64,000 nt of DNA from Podarcis liolepis (Eukaryota), in the NCBI GenBank assembly GCA_965112155.1, contig OZ218099.1, one strand, 5' to 3'. Positions 28,803-41,680 of the stretch are shown here, piece by piece. The translations under genes were made by a program, and so were the position numbers. Under the pieces are notes generated by a model. It ran no database searches, had not been told where the DNA came from, and worked only from the letters and a program-made list of their open reading frames with translations. The stretch's first letter is position 1. Every line of letters begins with the position of its first letter.

Positions 28803-31800
28803 GTACGTGGCAAAGAGAAGCCAAATTCCTCTCTCTCTTATTCAAAGATATCGGGCCGCATGCTGGTGGGAAGCAGTGGGGAGAGGAGAAACACGCCACT
28901 CACAAGGAATATATTGTATAGCCTGTTAGCCAGACTAGGCAGAAGGCTAGCCACTAGGAATGAAACTGGAGGCATGTTGATGGAATCATTAGCTTTTCCC
29001 TCCATGTGCTGGGGCTATGTGGCGAGGGGAAGGGCCATTGTAAATGGACATTTCCATCCGGTCTGGCGTTGGCTGTGTTCTGGTGCTGCTCTTGTGGCGC
29101 AAGGCCTTTTCTTTGCAGCAGTTCAACAAGAAAAGTGGTCACCTTGGATGCTGGAGAGGTCTGCTGCAATGGCCCAGCTTTTGAGGGGTCAAAAAGAAAT
29201 GTTGTGGAAACAAAACAATAGGCCTTAAAACCCTATGTGAATCTTTCTCAGTTTCAAATATATTCCGCCGCCCCCTTTTTTAAAAAAAGGTGACATTTTC
29301 TTCAGGCTATTCCCCTCCCCCCCCCAATAAATACATGAGTACTTTTACATATTCTGGAGTCTTTCAGCAGAACTTGTTGATGTGGTGTTCTTTCTCTTTC
29401 TGTCAGTTCAGTGTTGATTTTAAATCTGGCCAAGAAGAAAAGTAACATCTCTGAAGCCATGTTATGGCATTCCTGCAAAGAATAGCTTAGCATAGGTTGG
29501 ATGCTTCAAAGTGCGTGTTTCTTCCTGTGTGTGAAACCTGACAGGATAAGGAGACAATGCAAGATTGTCATATTTTTAATTGAGGAACAGTTTCAGCTTA
29601 TTCCTGTATGCCTTCAAATTTTCTGGAAATCTTGCTGAATCAAAAATAACGAGGCACTTGCTGAAACTGCAACGCAACACATTCACAGCTATTGTGGCAC
29701 TCCCCATATACGTATCCTCATATGCCTAACAATTTCCCAAACTCTCTCATGCAGGTATTCCACATTTTCATTTCAGCTTAAAAGCGAGGGCACATATTTG
29801 GGGGCTGGAGTCCTGAGTTTTCTGCAACATGTGTGCTTGTTCCATATTTTAAGTATTGCTAAAGCCAGCTCCTCCTTCCTTTCCCTTCCCAGCCCCCACG
29901 GCATACAGTTAAAAAAATGGCAAGGGGTGTACAACGGGGGTTGCAAAAGGTTATTAGGCTTTCAAGGATCTGTGCCAGTAGATTGACTGAGACTGACCTT
30001 AGGAGACCACAGGTAAACTTTTTACAGGGCTGAGCTGGGCCCCTGACAAAATCCCACACACAAGGTATCTCTAGCAATGTCATGTACTGTGCTCTGTTTA
30101 AGGGAACGTCAGACAGTGGCCCCTGTCAAACCCCAGAGAGACCCTGCTAGTCCATGTAGCCAATACTGAGCTAGAGTGACAAGTGGTGTGACTTGGTTCC
30201 TTCCCAGCCTTCCTTTAAAGTGGAGTTCAGTATGTCAGTAGCTCTGTCTGCAGCAGTTAACTATGCGACCCACACAATGCATTTTCGTTAGGACTCTGCT
30301 GTGCTTAAGCCTCAGTATGTTTGGAAAATGTTTCCATTTCTCACCCTTATGTAAGTTAAGATCTCTCTTGGGAAGAAGGCTTTCTGAAGGTGTGAATGGT
30401 TTTGGAGGAAGTGCAATAGCTACACAGGCACTGTGGTATGGAAAGTGGGGCGGGGGTGGGGAAGTATTCTCTGAACCAGAGGGAGTAGTGTCGAGTTTGC
30501 ACATGCAGACTGTTCCATTATTGGGCGTTTCTTCAGCCACCCTCTCACTGAGTTGGTTTAGCCCAAATATTCTTGTAAAACTCTGCCGAAATCCTGCGCG
30601 CTGATTTCAGTCCTGTTGCTGGCAGATATTTCTCCTTCTGTGAGGAAAAGGCGGGCGAGCATTCTTTCCTGTTCTGCTTCAGCCACAGCCTGTAAGCAGA
30701 TGCAGCCATCTCATCTGCTTGCTCCAGCTCATGCCCTCCAGGCATCTCTGCTGCTTAATGTGTCAGAAGGCGGTGCTGCTCAGGAGATCCAGGTGTGTGG
30801 CAGGAAAGAACATTGTCACACACACATCCAGCTCCTAGTCTGCTCCCTGCCGTATATATGTGGGGGAACTAGAAGGCTACTGCAGCTTGTTTACTATTCT
30901 CTTCCGTTTCTGTGAGGTAGCTTACACAGAGTAATATATATATATATTAAAAATATGGCATGCAAAGAAACAATATCAACAATGGAAGCAATTAAAGCAA
31001 CTCACATTTCTCACAAATTAGCCTTTTTACAAATAATGTTCACAAAACCTTCAGTGTATGAACTTAATTTTTTAAAAATTGCAATGCCATCTCATAAAAC
31101 ATATTTTTAATCCTTTGCTTCTTCTTTAGAACAGGTATCTTCAGCTTTTTTCAGACCTGCCATTTAACCCAAAGATGCATTTGGGGACTCATTTCTTAAT
31201 CTTTTCTTAATATATTTTCATGGTGGCAGTGATCCTGTTGCAAACCTCCTTGGATCAGCTCACGAACCACTAGTGGGATCCGACCCACAAGATGTAGACC
31301 GGTGATTTAGAAACTCTGGTTTGTTATTCTGGTTTCAGAATAGTGAGGCAAGCTTCCCTAGGCTTATGAGTTCCATAGGACAGAGGCCACTACCGAAAGG
31401 GCCCTGTCATGGTCTCTCACCAGTTTTATTCCATATATGGGGGGAAAGGACCATAGCCAGGTGGTAGATGATTTGCTTTGCATGCAGAATGTCCTAGGTT
31501 CAATCTCCAACATCTCCAGGTAGGTCTGGGAAAGCCCCCTGCCTGAAACGCTGTTGATGTGTGAGGTGCTCATATGGGAAGAGAGACTCCCAGGGACACA
31601 CTGTCCCCAGACAATGTGCCTTCAGTATTTAGAACTGCTAATGCTCAGAGATGCAACAAGATTTGGATATGTTCAAAAAAGTTTTAAGGTGGATTCATTT
31701 TAAGTTGTGCCTTTGCACTTTGCTTTATTAATTAAATGATGAAAAATACTAACGTAGTCAAATCTCTCAACTATGTATAAGGAAGCCTGAATGTCCTCTT

Positions 31801-31813
31801 TGGTCTCGTACAG

Positions 31814-31993
31814 ACAAAGAAGAAATTCTATGACACCGAACTGGAAAATCTGGAACGTCAGCAGAAGCAGCAAATTGAAAAGATGGAGCAGGACCACACG
31901 CTGCGGCGCCGTGAAGAGTCCAAGCGTATCCGCGCTGAGCAGGAACGAGATCTTGTTAAATTTCAGGAGCAGCTGAAGCAAAGGAAGAAGGAG
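31814..31993 (+). CDS. STK10: STK10 exon 12 ([23 protein letters not shown]...QRKKE)
   Basis: 180 nt, AG/GT, coiled-coil homology. Confidence 0.96.
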
Positions 31994-32683
31994 GTAAGAG
32001 TTGACGTTGGGCCAAAATCTTGCACAGGGAAATCTTAGATTTATTTGTTGGCACTGGCCTATCTGAAAGCCCCCTCAGTCGTCCTGCTGTCATTGGCTGA
32101 GGCGCTCTCATGTCACAGACAAGCTGTGGAAGGGAAGGGAAGCTGAGGGCAGAGCTCCAAGATTTAGGGGTGCTGAAGAAAGGGAGGAGAGTGAACAGCA
32201 AAACAGAAGCTATGCAAATGCACACAGACAGACACCTGCCCATCCTCCATTGTCACAGCTCAGGGGCACATTCCATCCAGGCAAAAGCACTTGAGGAGGT
32301 GGGTAGGGGTGCAGCCAGGGCAGGGAGCGTGACCTAGACATTCCTGAGGGCCAGGTAGAGGCCAAAGGGTCACATTCTGTCCCTGGGCCCTGAGGCTTCC
32401 CTACCCTTTTTCTAAATTCACTTGTATGTAACTATTCTGCCAGGGAAGAATGTAAAAGTAAGAACCACCACCACCCAGAAACAAGAGACTTAAGAAACAC
32501 TAACAGAAAAATAGGTGAGGGTGAAATGAAAGCAAATCAAAGTGATAGCATAATGTCAGCATAAAACGGGAGAATTGAAAGCCAAACCATCAGGTGACAC
32601 GGCCAACGTGATAAATCACTTTTGCTCAGACTTGTTAGGAAATTGGACCAGTAAGAACTTTTGTTGGTGTCTTTCGTTTCAAG

Positions 32684-32776
32684 CTCAAGAGTGACATTGA
32701 GAAGCTTCCACGACAACAGCGCAAGGGGACCATGAAAACAAAGATGGAGGAGTTTGCCCAGAGAAAGCAAGTCATG
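32684..32776 (+). CDS. STK10: STK10 exon 13 (LKSDIEKLPRQQRKGTMKTKMEEFAQRKQVM)
   Basis: 93 nt, ttcaag|CTC...ATG|gtaagc; EKLPRQQRK motif. Confidence 0.93.
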
Positions 32777-32963
32777 GTAAGCTCTAGAGATGTTAAGTCT
32801 GTGGTGGGGCCAAGAACCATATGGACACATTTGATTCCTTGCCTCCCAGTTATCAGGATGAGGAAGCAGAATCATACCACCCATCCTGCTTCCACTCATA
32901 AGAAAAGTTTTAGGCATCATACCAATAAGAGCATCTCTTTTGCTACTGTCTCCTTTCTTCCAG

Positions 32964-33093
32964 GAGCAAGAGTTTGAAGCCAAACAGGCTGAGGATCTGG
33001 AACAAGCCATGAAGAATATCACCACCCAAAATCGGAAGGAGATCTGTGACAAGGAGCGAGAGTGCCTCAACAAAAAACAACAGCTTATGAGAG
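32964..33093 (+). CDS. STK10: STK10 exon 14 ([17 protein letters not shown]...[11 protein letters not shown])
   Basis: 130 nt, AG/GT. Confidence 0.95.
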
Positions 33094-34560
33094 GTGAGAG
33101 GGTGTCGTCGCCCCCCCCCCCAAAAAAAAAGTGGGGAGGAGATTTCTCTAACTTGGTGCCCTCCAGATGTTGATGGACTACAGCTCCCATTAGTCAGGCA
33201 TGCTGGGGCTGATGGGGATGGGATTCAAAACACCCTCAAGACACCAGGTGGGGTGAGTTTCCTCCAAGGAGAGTTATTGACATAACTATAAGTGAGCAGG
33301 TAAGATAGCGCCAAAGACAGTAGCAAAAAGCATTCCACGTTCTGTCAAAGCGTTCAATAGTAGTAATATTAACGAACGATGTAATTTGGAAAGGGTAGCC
33401 AATCAGTCTCAAGTTGCAGTTTTTCCCAATAGCTTATAGCCACAATACAGCCTTGGAAGGGGGAAAGAGGGTATAGCCCTTTTCCCTTAACTGCAAGGAT
33501 TCTCTAGCCGCCTTTCTGCCCCTTCCGCATCCTTCTTTCATGCCTTCTGCACCTACTGCCCAAAGAAATTCCTGTCTTTATTATCATCTCACCCCTCAAG
33601 TATAGACCTGGCAGCACAAGGAGTTACAGGAGTATAAATGACGTAAAGGGACAATGACTGAGCCTGGGGTCAGACTTCATTAAGTCCAGGGTGGTCCAAC
33701 ATGCGATCCAAGGGCCTCATGCTGCCCACGATGCCTTTTTGGGTGGCTCTCAGGCAGCCTTCATGCTGCCTTCACGTTGCCTTCCCAAAGCTAGGCAAGT
33801 GATGTGCTGGGCTTTCGGAAGGAGACGTGAGGGCTCTGGCAGGGTCTTGGAGTCCTCCTACCTCCTTACCAAAACCTGGCTAGCACTTTCCCAGCTTTGA
33901 GGAGGTGGGGGACACCAAATGTTGGCCTCCCCCCATGTGACAAGGCAGTGTGCAGTCTATGGGTTCCATAGTAATCTTGTGGCCCACTTGGTATGAAAAG
34001 CTAGACCGCCCTGCTAGTCTGTGCTTCTTTTTCTCTTTCTTGCATACTATCCTCTCCCTTCCTTGGTCAGCTTATCCTACAGTTTTGCCTTGAGTATTTG
34101 GTTAGGCTGAGGTGGTGGTTGTGCTTGGAAAGGGAAGTGACTGGATTCTCCAGTGGAGGATGGTCCATTAGGGCGAGTGGGGAATAGCTCTGCCCACCTT
34201 ATTTGACCCTCAACCAGCCTCCACCTTCTTGCCTTCTCGCTGGCAACCAGTCCAGGAAGTGGCATTGCCAGTCATCTTCCTCCTCAGTATCAGTGTTGCC
34301 GTTGTAGAATTTGGCAGGGAGGAGGATGGGAATACAACTAGAATTGCTTGGCCTGCTCTGCATGTCTTTGGCTCTAGCTTCATTTGCTGTGGGTCTTGCT
34401 GCCTTCTGCCCTACTGCTCCCCATGGGCACCAGCCACCATTGGGAAGTGCCTTTACCTCCTGGAATCGCATGTGATTCATAACTTCTTTGCCTATTCCCC
34501 CCCCCCCCCCCGGTGGTAAAGTGTGTAATGACCATATGCCATTTTATACCTATTTCTCAG

Positions 34561-34685
34561 ATCGGGAAGCTACCATCTGGGATCTGGAAGAGCACCACCT
34601 ACAGGAGAAACACCAGCTTATTAAGCAACAGCTGAAAGACCAGTATTTCCTCCAGAGGCATGAACTGCTCCGGAAACACGAGAAG
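34561..34685 (+). CDS. STK10: STK10 exon 15 ([20 protein letters not shown]...LRKHEK)
   Basis: 125 nt, AG/GT. Confidence 0.96.
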
Positions 34686-34977
34686 GTAGCAGAGTTTCAG
34701 TCTGATTTATTTTCTTTAATGACTCTAATGCTTCCTACGGATGAGCAAGGTGTGGAGTTGCTGTGAAAGAATTGACCTCAGCAGATTTACAGAAAATGGC
34801 CTCCCTGTTGCTTGCTTGCATTGGGTGTGAGTACTGCGTATATTTAACCATAGTCAGTGCAGTCAAACGTGGAAAGTCTGGAGATGGAATAACGGTGGTC
34901 AGTTATAGGAGTACAGTTTTGTGCTTATAGACTCATAGAATTGTAGAGTTGAATGGAACCCAAAGGATCATCTAGAT

Positions 34978-35113
34978 CAGTGTTTCCCAACCTTGGGTCT
35001 CCAGCTGTTTTCTGACTACAATTCCCATAATCCCTGACCACTGGTCTGGCTAGCTAGAGATGATGGGAGTTGTAGTCCAAGAACAGCTAAAGACCCAAGA
35101 CTAGGAAACACTG
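34978..35113. mobile_element. Palindromic hAT MITE inserted in a CR1 3' remnant (34932-35220, minus)
   Basis: CAGTGTTTCCCAACCTTGGGTC...GACCCAAGACTAGGAAACACTG hairpin; TSD ATCTAGAT/ATGTAGAC; flanks resume the CR1 tail sequence. Confidence 0.8.
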
Positions 35114-35325
35114 ATGTAGACCAACTCCCAGCAATGCAGGAATCGCAGCTGAAAAATCCCCGACAGATGACAATCCAACCTCTGTTTACAAACCTCCAAT
35201 GAAGAAGAGTCCACCACTTACTTTAGGCCAGCCTTCACCATTTTGGTGCCCTCAAATGTTTTGGACTACAACTGTCATCAACCCAGGCCAGCACAGCCTC
35301 TCTCTCATGCAATTGGTTTGTTTGT

Positions 35326-35371
35326 GTGAGTGAGTGAGTGAGTGAGTGAGTGAGTGAGTGAGTGAGTGAGT
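35326..35371. repeat. (TGAG)n microsatellite
   Basis: Direct reading. Confidence 0.95.
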
Positions 35372-35655
35372 GTGCTTCAATAGGACCAATGTCAAAATAT
35401 TCTTGCCATAGTGTCTGTTGCATTTCCATCAGCTTTTATCTGACTGAGCCCCTGGAGTAAGCCATGGTGAATCTTCATAGAAGTGGCTTTGTTTTCCTTA
35501 AACTAAACCTGCACTATCTTTGTCTGTCCCCTTTGTGGTCTGTTGAATATTACCCTGGGCAAATATCCAATGTCACCATTCGCTTTGACTCTAAACTTGC
35601 AACATTTATTGTATTGACTTACCCCCCCAACCCTGGGCTGCCGTTGCTATTCCAG

Positions 35656-35844
35656 GAGCGTGAGCAAATGCAACGGTATAACCAGCGAATGATGGAGCAG
35701 CTGAAAATTCGGCAGCAGCAAGAGAAAGGCCGTCTCCCCAAAATTCAGAGGAGCGAAGGGAAGACCCGCATGGCCATGTATAAGAAGAGCCTCCATATCA
35801 GCTCCAGTGGAAGCGCCTCAGAACAGAGGGAGAAGATAAAACAG
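35656..35844 (+). CDS. STK10: STK10 exon 16 ([12 protein letters not shown]...[21 protein letters not shown]...KIKQ)
   Basis: 189 nt, AG/GT. Confidence 0.96.
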
Positions 35845-36740
35845 GTGAAGGATAGCACTAGAACCCTTGACGGAAGGATTCGATTTGTGGCGCTTGCATT
35901 CATTCATTCATTCATTCATCCATCCATCCATCTATAGATGGATCTCCAATGAGGTCAAGGTAGCACACACAATTTCCGCCCCCCCCCCCACTCATTAGTT
36001 AACCGCCACAACAAACCTGTGAGGTAGGTTAGGCTGAGAGGCAGTGACACTGCATTTGGATTCCTGCAAGCGACGACTGTTAATCATAGAATTGCAGAGT
36101 TGGAAGGGATGACGAGGATCGTCTAGTCCAACTCCCTGCAATACAGGAATCTTTCACCCAATGTGGAAAGGAGGATTGTAGACTATACATGGAGGGTCCC
36201 TTGTTCAACAGCATGTACTTCCAGAAGCCACTAGTCCAGGCTGCTGACAGATATTTGCTCAGTTCCATCTGATATCACTGACGTTTTAAGCTCCAGTGCT
36301 ATATAAAGCACAAGTTAATACTGCCAGAAGGTTTCAGACAGTGGGTAGCTCAAGAAACCTTCCTGCAACACCTGTTAATGGTTTCATGGAAGGGTGGGAA
36401 GGTCATAGCTATGCCCCCTGCGTTGCTCTGGCACCTGTGGTGCAACCAATACAAGGTGCCGTGGAATCAGATCATATTGTGCTCACACCAACAGATATCA
36501 AAGGAGTACATGTATTTGAGGGTCCTACTCCTAGCGCAGAAGCTGAGAGGGGGCATTTCCCCCTGAAAATAAATTGTTCTCACATTTGTGACCCTCCATG
36601 TCTTCGTTGTGCAGCATTCTAGCTCCTGGTATATATATAAAAAATGTAGGGAGCCATGTTTAAAATTCCTGTGAACATAGCCTGGTGATTTAAAACCACA
36701 GTGAACGATGGTGATGTTGGGTTGCTCCCTTCTGTTTCAG

Positions 36741-36866
36741 TTTGCACAGCAGGAGGAAAAAAGGCAGAAAGCTGAGCGACTGCAGCAGCAGCAGAAACAT
36801 GAGATGCAGGCGAAGGATATGAGTGCCCAGTGTGAGAGCAACATGAATGAACTCCAACAGTTACAG
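36741..36866 (+). CDS. STK10: STK10 exon 17 ([21 protein letters not shown]...ELQQLQ)
   Basis: 126 nt, AG/GT. Confidence 0.96.
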
Positions 36867-37430
36867 GTAACTTAACACCGGCTCAGCTTTACGTATGCTT
36901 GGGCGGGGTGTGGCATGCCACTAGTTTGGCTCATAGAGAAAAATCTGCCATCCATTCTGAAAAGTTGGTTCATCCTACCTGACAACAAAACCCACCCAGA
37001 AGTGGAAAATGTGCTTCAGTATTTCTTGTTTTTGCTTCTGGCATGTCGTGACATTTTGCATCCTATCTTTCCATAAAGATGGTATATATATGGAGGCTAT
37101 CTCATTTAATCCTCACTGCAACCATGTGAGGTATGATAGACACGGAGAGAGTGAATTTTCCAGAGCCTCTCAATGGGGTTTGTGGCTGAGCAGCCTCTAA
37201 CCATGACATTCATGAGCTCCAAATTGAGTGGATGCAAAAGTTTTCTGGAATGAGCATAGAATGAGTTGGGATTTTGTTGCTTTTGAAGTAAATCTTGTTC
37301 TTTCCTGGTCTTGGAAAGTCATGTTGGGTTTATAAATCAAGTCAGCAGGGATGCTGGGTTTGATACTGACCTTTTTGCTCTGCAGAGCTTCCCTCATTTG
37401 TTTTTCTTCTGATGTTTTAAATCTGTATAG

Positions 37431-37544
37431 AATGAGAAGTGCCATCTCTTGGTTGAACATGAGACCCAGAAACTGAAAGCTCTGGATGAAAACCACAATC
37501 AGAACTTGAAGGACTGGCGGGATAAGCTGAGGCCACGAAAAAAG
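37431..37544 (+). CDS. STK10: STK10 exon 18 ([20 protein letters not shown]...LRPRKK)
   Basis: 114 nt, AG/GT. Confidence 0.96.
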
Positions 37545-38559
37545 GTGACAGCTAAAGAAAGTTGGAATAAAACTTCAAACATCATTAGCATTTGGGGGGG
37601 GGGGTGTGTGGAAATCAAAGGTTCAGTATTGAACTTTTGACTTTCAGATCAATTTGCCAAATCAAATACTCGGGGCAGGGGGAATACTTTGTGTTCATTG
37701 AAATGCTAGCAGTAATTTTTATTCCAGTCTGTATTTTTATTGGATTTAAAATTGTTTTTATATTTGAAAGTGCTTTATATGTTGTTATTGTCTGAGATGC
37801 TTCCTAAGAAGCTATTCAGAACTGCGATGAAATAAATAAACCATTTGGATTTGGAGGAGGGTTGAATTAGGACAACCTATTTCTGAAATGTTGCAAGTTT
37901 AGGTTTTTGGATTTGGTTCTCTCCCCCTCTAATTTCATCTAATTTTGTTTCATTTTTGACAACTCATGTACATAAGCCAGGGTTGGGGGAACCTCCACCC
38001 CATGGGCCAAACTTGGCCTGCCAGATCATTTTTGGGAAGCTGCACTCACCCTCCACCTGACATCATACCTGATGGGTGCATGGCTGCATGCCTTGCTTAA
38101 GAAGGGGGAAGTGGCTTCCATTCCATGGAAACTCTTCACTTCTAATGCTGCTCTTTGAACCCCCCCAAATTGGAGATTCAAAGAGTAGCATGGGGCAGCC
38201 CCAATTTTCAGAGGGTTAAGGAGTAATGAGGGTTAAGGAATAATGAGGAAAAGGGCTTTTGAATTGCCATTTGTAAACAGTCCTGTCCTGCTCTTTAAAC
38301 ATCAGATTTTCAGAGGTGTAAGGAGCAGCATGGGGATGTTTGCAAATGGCTATTAAACAGGGACATCAAAGTGCAGCATCATTTGACATCACTATGATGT
38401 CTGCCAGGTCTTGAGAGATTAAGACCTTTTGCCCCTCCTGGCCAGAAAGTTTTCCCCATCCCTGATGTAAACTGACAGGAATCCAGGTGGCTGAGAACAG
38501 TGAAGTGATTACAGCTTGAAGCATTTCTCCATCTGAGCTCATTTCTCTTCGCATTTCAG

Positions 38560-38700
38560 GCTTTGGAAGATGAACTGAATCAGAAGAAGCGAGAGCAAGA
38601 AATGTTCTTCAAACTCAGTGATGAGACCGATGGTCAGCCTTCAAGGTCGCCAAACAAGCCTGCCAAATTTGTCCCATTCAGTTCTGCAGAGGCTTCATAA
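38560..38700 (+). CDS. STK10: STK10 terminal exon 19 coding part ([20 protein letters not shown]...SSAEAS*)
   Basis: tttcag|GCT...TAA, 141 nt; matches recalled STK10 C-terminus. Confidence 0.96.
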   Translation, partial: ALEDELNQKKREQEMFFKLSDETDGQPSRSPNKPAKFVPFSSAEAS

Positions 38701-40432
38701 CCCTTGGATTAGTGGACAGAAAGGCAATCCCTACCTTTGTCCACAGAGAAGTTGACCCAAAGGACTGTCAGGGCTCCCTTTTCTCATGCACCAACTCTGA
38801 TTTCCTCTTTTGTCTGAGACAACCAATGTGGCCTGAGGTCTGTTCCCCTAGAGATGAGACAGCTTCCCATTCATGTGGCCCTGGCTGGTGCTGACCAGTT
38901 GCACTTGGAGAGTTGTGGATGAGCTTCGGAAAGTAGAGCTAGTGGGGTTGTGTGCAGAGTTCACACTGCTTGCTGATCCCATTGCCCAGATCTTGGGCAG
39001 TTTTCTCTATTAACTATCTGTTGAAGGGATGAATGTTGGTGACCTAAAAGATTGTTGATGGCTGTTAAGTGCTGCTGATAAACTTGCCTGTTTCATTTTC
39101 TAACTAGTTCTCCTGTTAGGCCCAACTTGCTATGTCTATCAGTGGATCTCACTTAGCCTTTTAGTCTTAATGGTCGAACCATTTACTGCCTTGAAGCACT
39201 GGGAGTTCAACTTCACAGCTTACAAAAGACAACAAGGAATTGTTAGCTTTTATTGTGGCCTCCATCTTTGTCAGTTAAACAAAGAGCTCCTTCTCCTCTC
39301 CTCCTAGGGCCTAGAATCTAGGCCGTCCCATTGAAACTCATCAATTCCTCAGCTTGTTTTGAAGTGACCCAGCACACCACCCTGGTAACGTGTGACACAA
39401 TTTCTGCCCTTTCTCAAAGTTACCACAGCCTGAAACATACAAGTGGAGTGTTTAAATCAAATCTGTCCCGAGTCAAAGGCTGACCAAAAAGGCAATGAGA
39501 AGCTTATGATCCAACTTAGAGTGCAATTCAACAGTTGCGAAGGCTGCATATACATGGTCAGCTGTGGAAATTGCTGCCCAGTTTTGGGATGTTTAACTTC
39601 GCACACCTGCCCCAATTAATAAGCCGTGCAGAGGCCCACACCGTTCAGATCCTAAAATGGTGGGTAACATAAAGGTCTGGCCTTTGCTCTTCACTTTCCC
39701 CTCCTCTTCCGTTGTGAGGCAATGGGTTTCTTTTCCCTGTGTTCATCAACAGGGAGTTCTGTCTCTCCTGCCTCCATTTCTCTCCCCAGCCCAATTGGTC
39801 CAGAAGGCAAAGCTTGTGCTCAGGTTATGGCAAGAGCTAATGGCTGCTCTTTCCAATATATTAAATAGAAGAAAAGTGCAAATGCCTTGTAGCAGCAAGT
39901 TTACAACTGGCCTAAGGTTAAAGGCATCTTGTTTTGCATCATCTCATTTGAGTTTCATAGGACATCAATTGCTAGCTTTTAGTTTTTGTTTTTTAAGGTC
40001 TACTGTATAAACTATTGGGTGTGCTGTGATTTGAGAACATGATGTTGGCCTAAACCATAATTTTGGCCAGTGTGTGTCCCTTTGCTGCTACTTTTGAGTT
40101 TGTAGCAAGCCAGAATGATTCAGGTAAGAGGAGCCCCATACAGCAGAATAGAATGTGATACATTTGAAATGCTGAAGATAATCAGCATGTCATTATCTTT
40201 AAGTCTTCCAAAGGCTGTTTTTAAACCAAAGATGTGTTACTTTCCCCTCACACCTTGCCCACTCCCCATTTCACTATTAAAATACATATTTCAGGAAATG
40301 TCAAGGCTTTTATCAGTTTCACCAATTTGCATTTCCCTAGACATTAAATCTATATTGAAGTCTTGATGCTTTGCACAGTGCAATTCACACAATCCTCCAT
40401 CTGGGTCAGCTGTTTGTGGTAAATGCTTAAAT

Positions 40433-40505
40433 TTGGTACTTCATTCAAACAAAGTCTTCACAGTTCATTGGTACTTCATTCAAACAAAGTCTTCACAGTT
40501 CATTG
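40433..40505 (+). repeat. Perfect 35-bp tandem duplication in the STK10 3'UTR
   Basis: TTGGTACTTCATTCAAACAAAGTCTTCACAGTTCA x2 + TTG. Confidence 0.95.
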
Positions 40506-41674
40506 TGCCGTCTCAAAGCACTTAGGTTGGCAAAATGCTCCAGTGTTCCTTTTTGTGTATCACTCAGGACTTTTCCAGCACTAGCTCTGTATAGGAAATA
40601 ATGCTTTTCTTTCCCTGTCTTCCTATAAAGCCATGTTGCTGTTAATGTGATTTCTGTTCTCAGAGTTAACTTGATGGAATGGAAACAGAAGTCTAGCAAA
40701 TGCATCGGCTGCTGCCAGGCTGCAGTTTCACTGTCTTGTTTAAGAGACTCCGGATTCTGGATATTTTAGAGGCTAGAAAATGTGCACCCAGAAACCATGG
40801 GGTTACCGTCCTGTTCTAAATAATTGTGTTTTGAGATACTGTCAGGTGAGACAGAGAGAAACTGGAACAGAGCCTGTGAATGAATGGGTTGTGTTCTGAA
40901 AACTCAAAGATCCTAATTTTCTCCAAACCCGATAGCCAGTTTCTGTTCTAACTTTATGTCGCAAATTTTTGATAGTTTGCATTGTGCACAGGCTTGTGTA
41001 TGTTGTGGACACACCCACATGCAGCTCAATCTCCTTATAAGTCAGCCAGTAGTACATCTAATTGTCTTCATCCTTGGCCAAGAAATCAAACAAGAGTTGC
41101 TAATTTTAATACTGATGCAAGTTTGTGTGTGCTTATCTTTCTTTGTGTGCCAGTCTGGTCTTGACTGCTACCAAGCGCTGCTGTAATTTTACAAAAGTGC
41201 AATATTTACCTCGTGCAGTGTTGCAAGGATGTCCTGCTCCTTTTGTGGCAAGAAAGTGTCACTTTTCTTTATTTTTCTCTTTCCCTAACCCAAACAAAAC
41301 CAACTTTTTCTTTCTCTTCCTTGGCATAAATCTACAATATTTTTTACATGGGGGGACCTGATTCTTCTACCTAAAAGGGTTTTCTTTTTGGGGGAAACCA
41401 CTACGATGTAAATAATCTAATAAAAATGTTACCATGGTGAGCACCTGCATTTGCGTCCTGAACACCTTGTTGTACTTGTTGCCTGTGGGTTTTGGTCAGC
41501 AGTGCTGACTTGTATTTGTACATAAATTTGGCTTGAGCGTAATGGAATTTGATTCCTGCTTACTGAGATTCAAATCACCCCACAATCAACAGCTTTCGGG
41601 CTTGGAACCAAACAAACTTTTCTTAAAATATATATTGTCTCATTTTGAGAATGTGTGCATTGAAATGTGTTGGT

Positions 41675-41680
41675 AATAAA
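41675..41680 (+). terminator. Probable distal polyadenylation signal of STK10 (proximal alternative at 41419-41424)
   Basis: AATAAA preceded by TGTA elements and followed by a U-rich tract. Confidence 0.6.

Noticed and set aside
28803-29228. Open frame continuing 142 codons past STK10 exon 11
   Set aside because: A canonical donor at 28803 and no homology beyond it; treated as chance intronic read-through.
32537-33190. 217-aa minus-strand ORF
   Set aside because: Antisense shadow of STK10 exons 13-14.
40433-40505. CRISPR-like repeat
   Set aside because: Two adjacent copies with no spacer, in a vertebrate 3'UTR.
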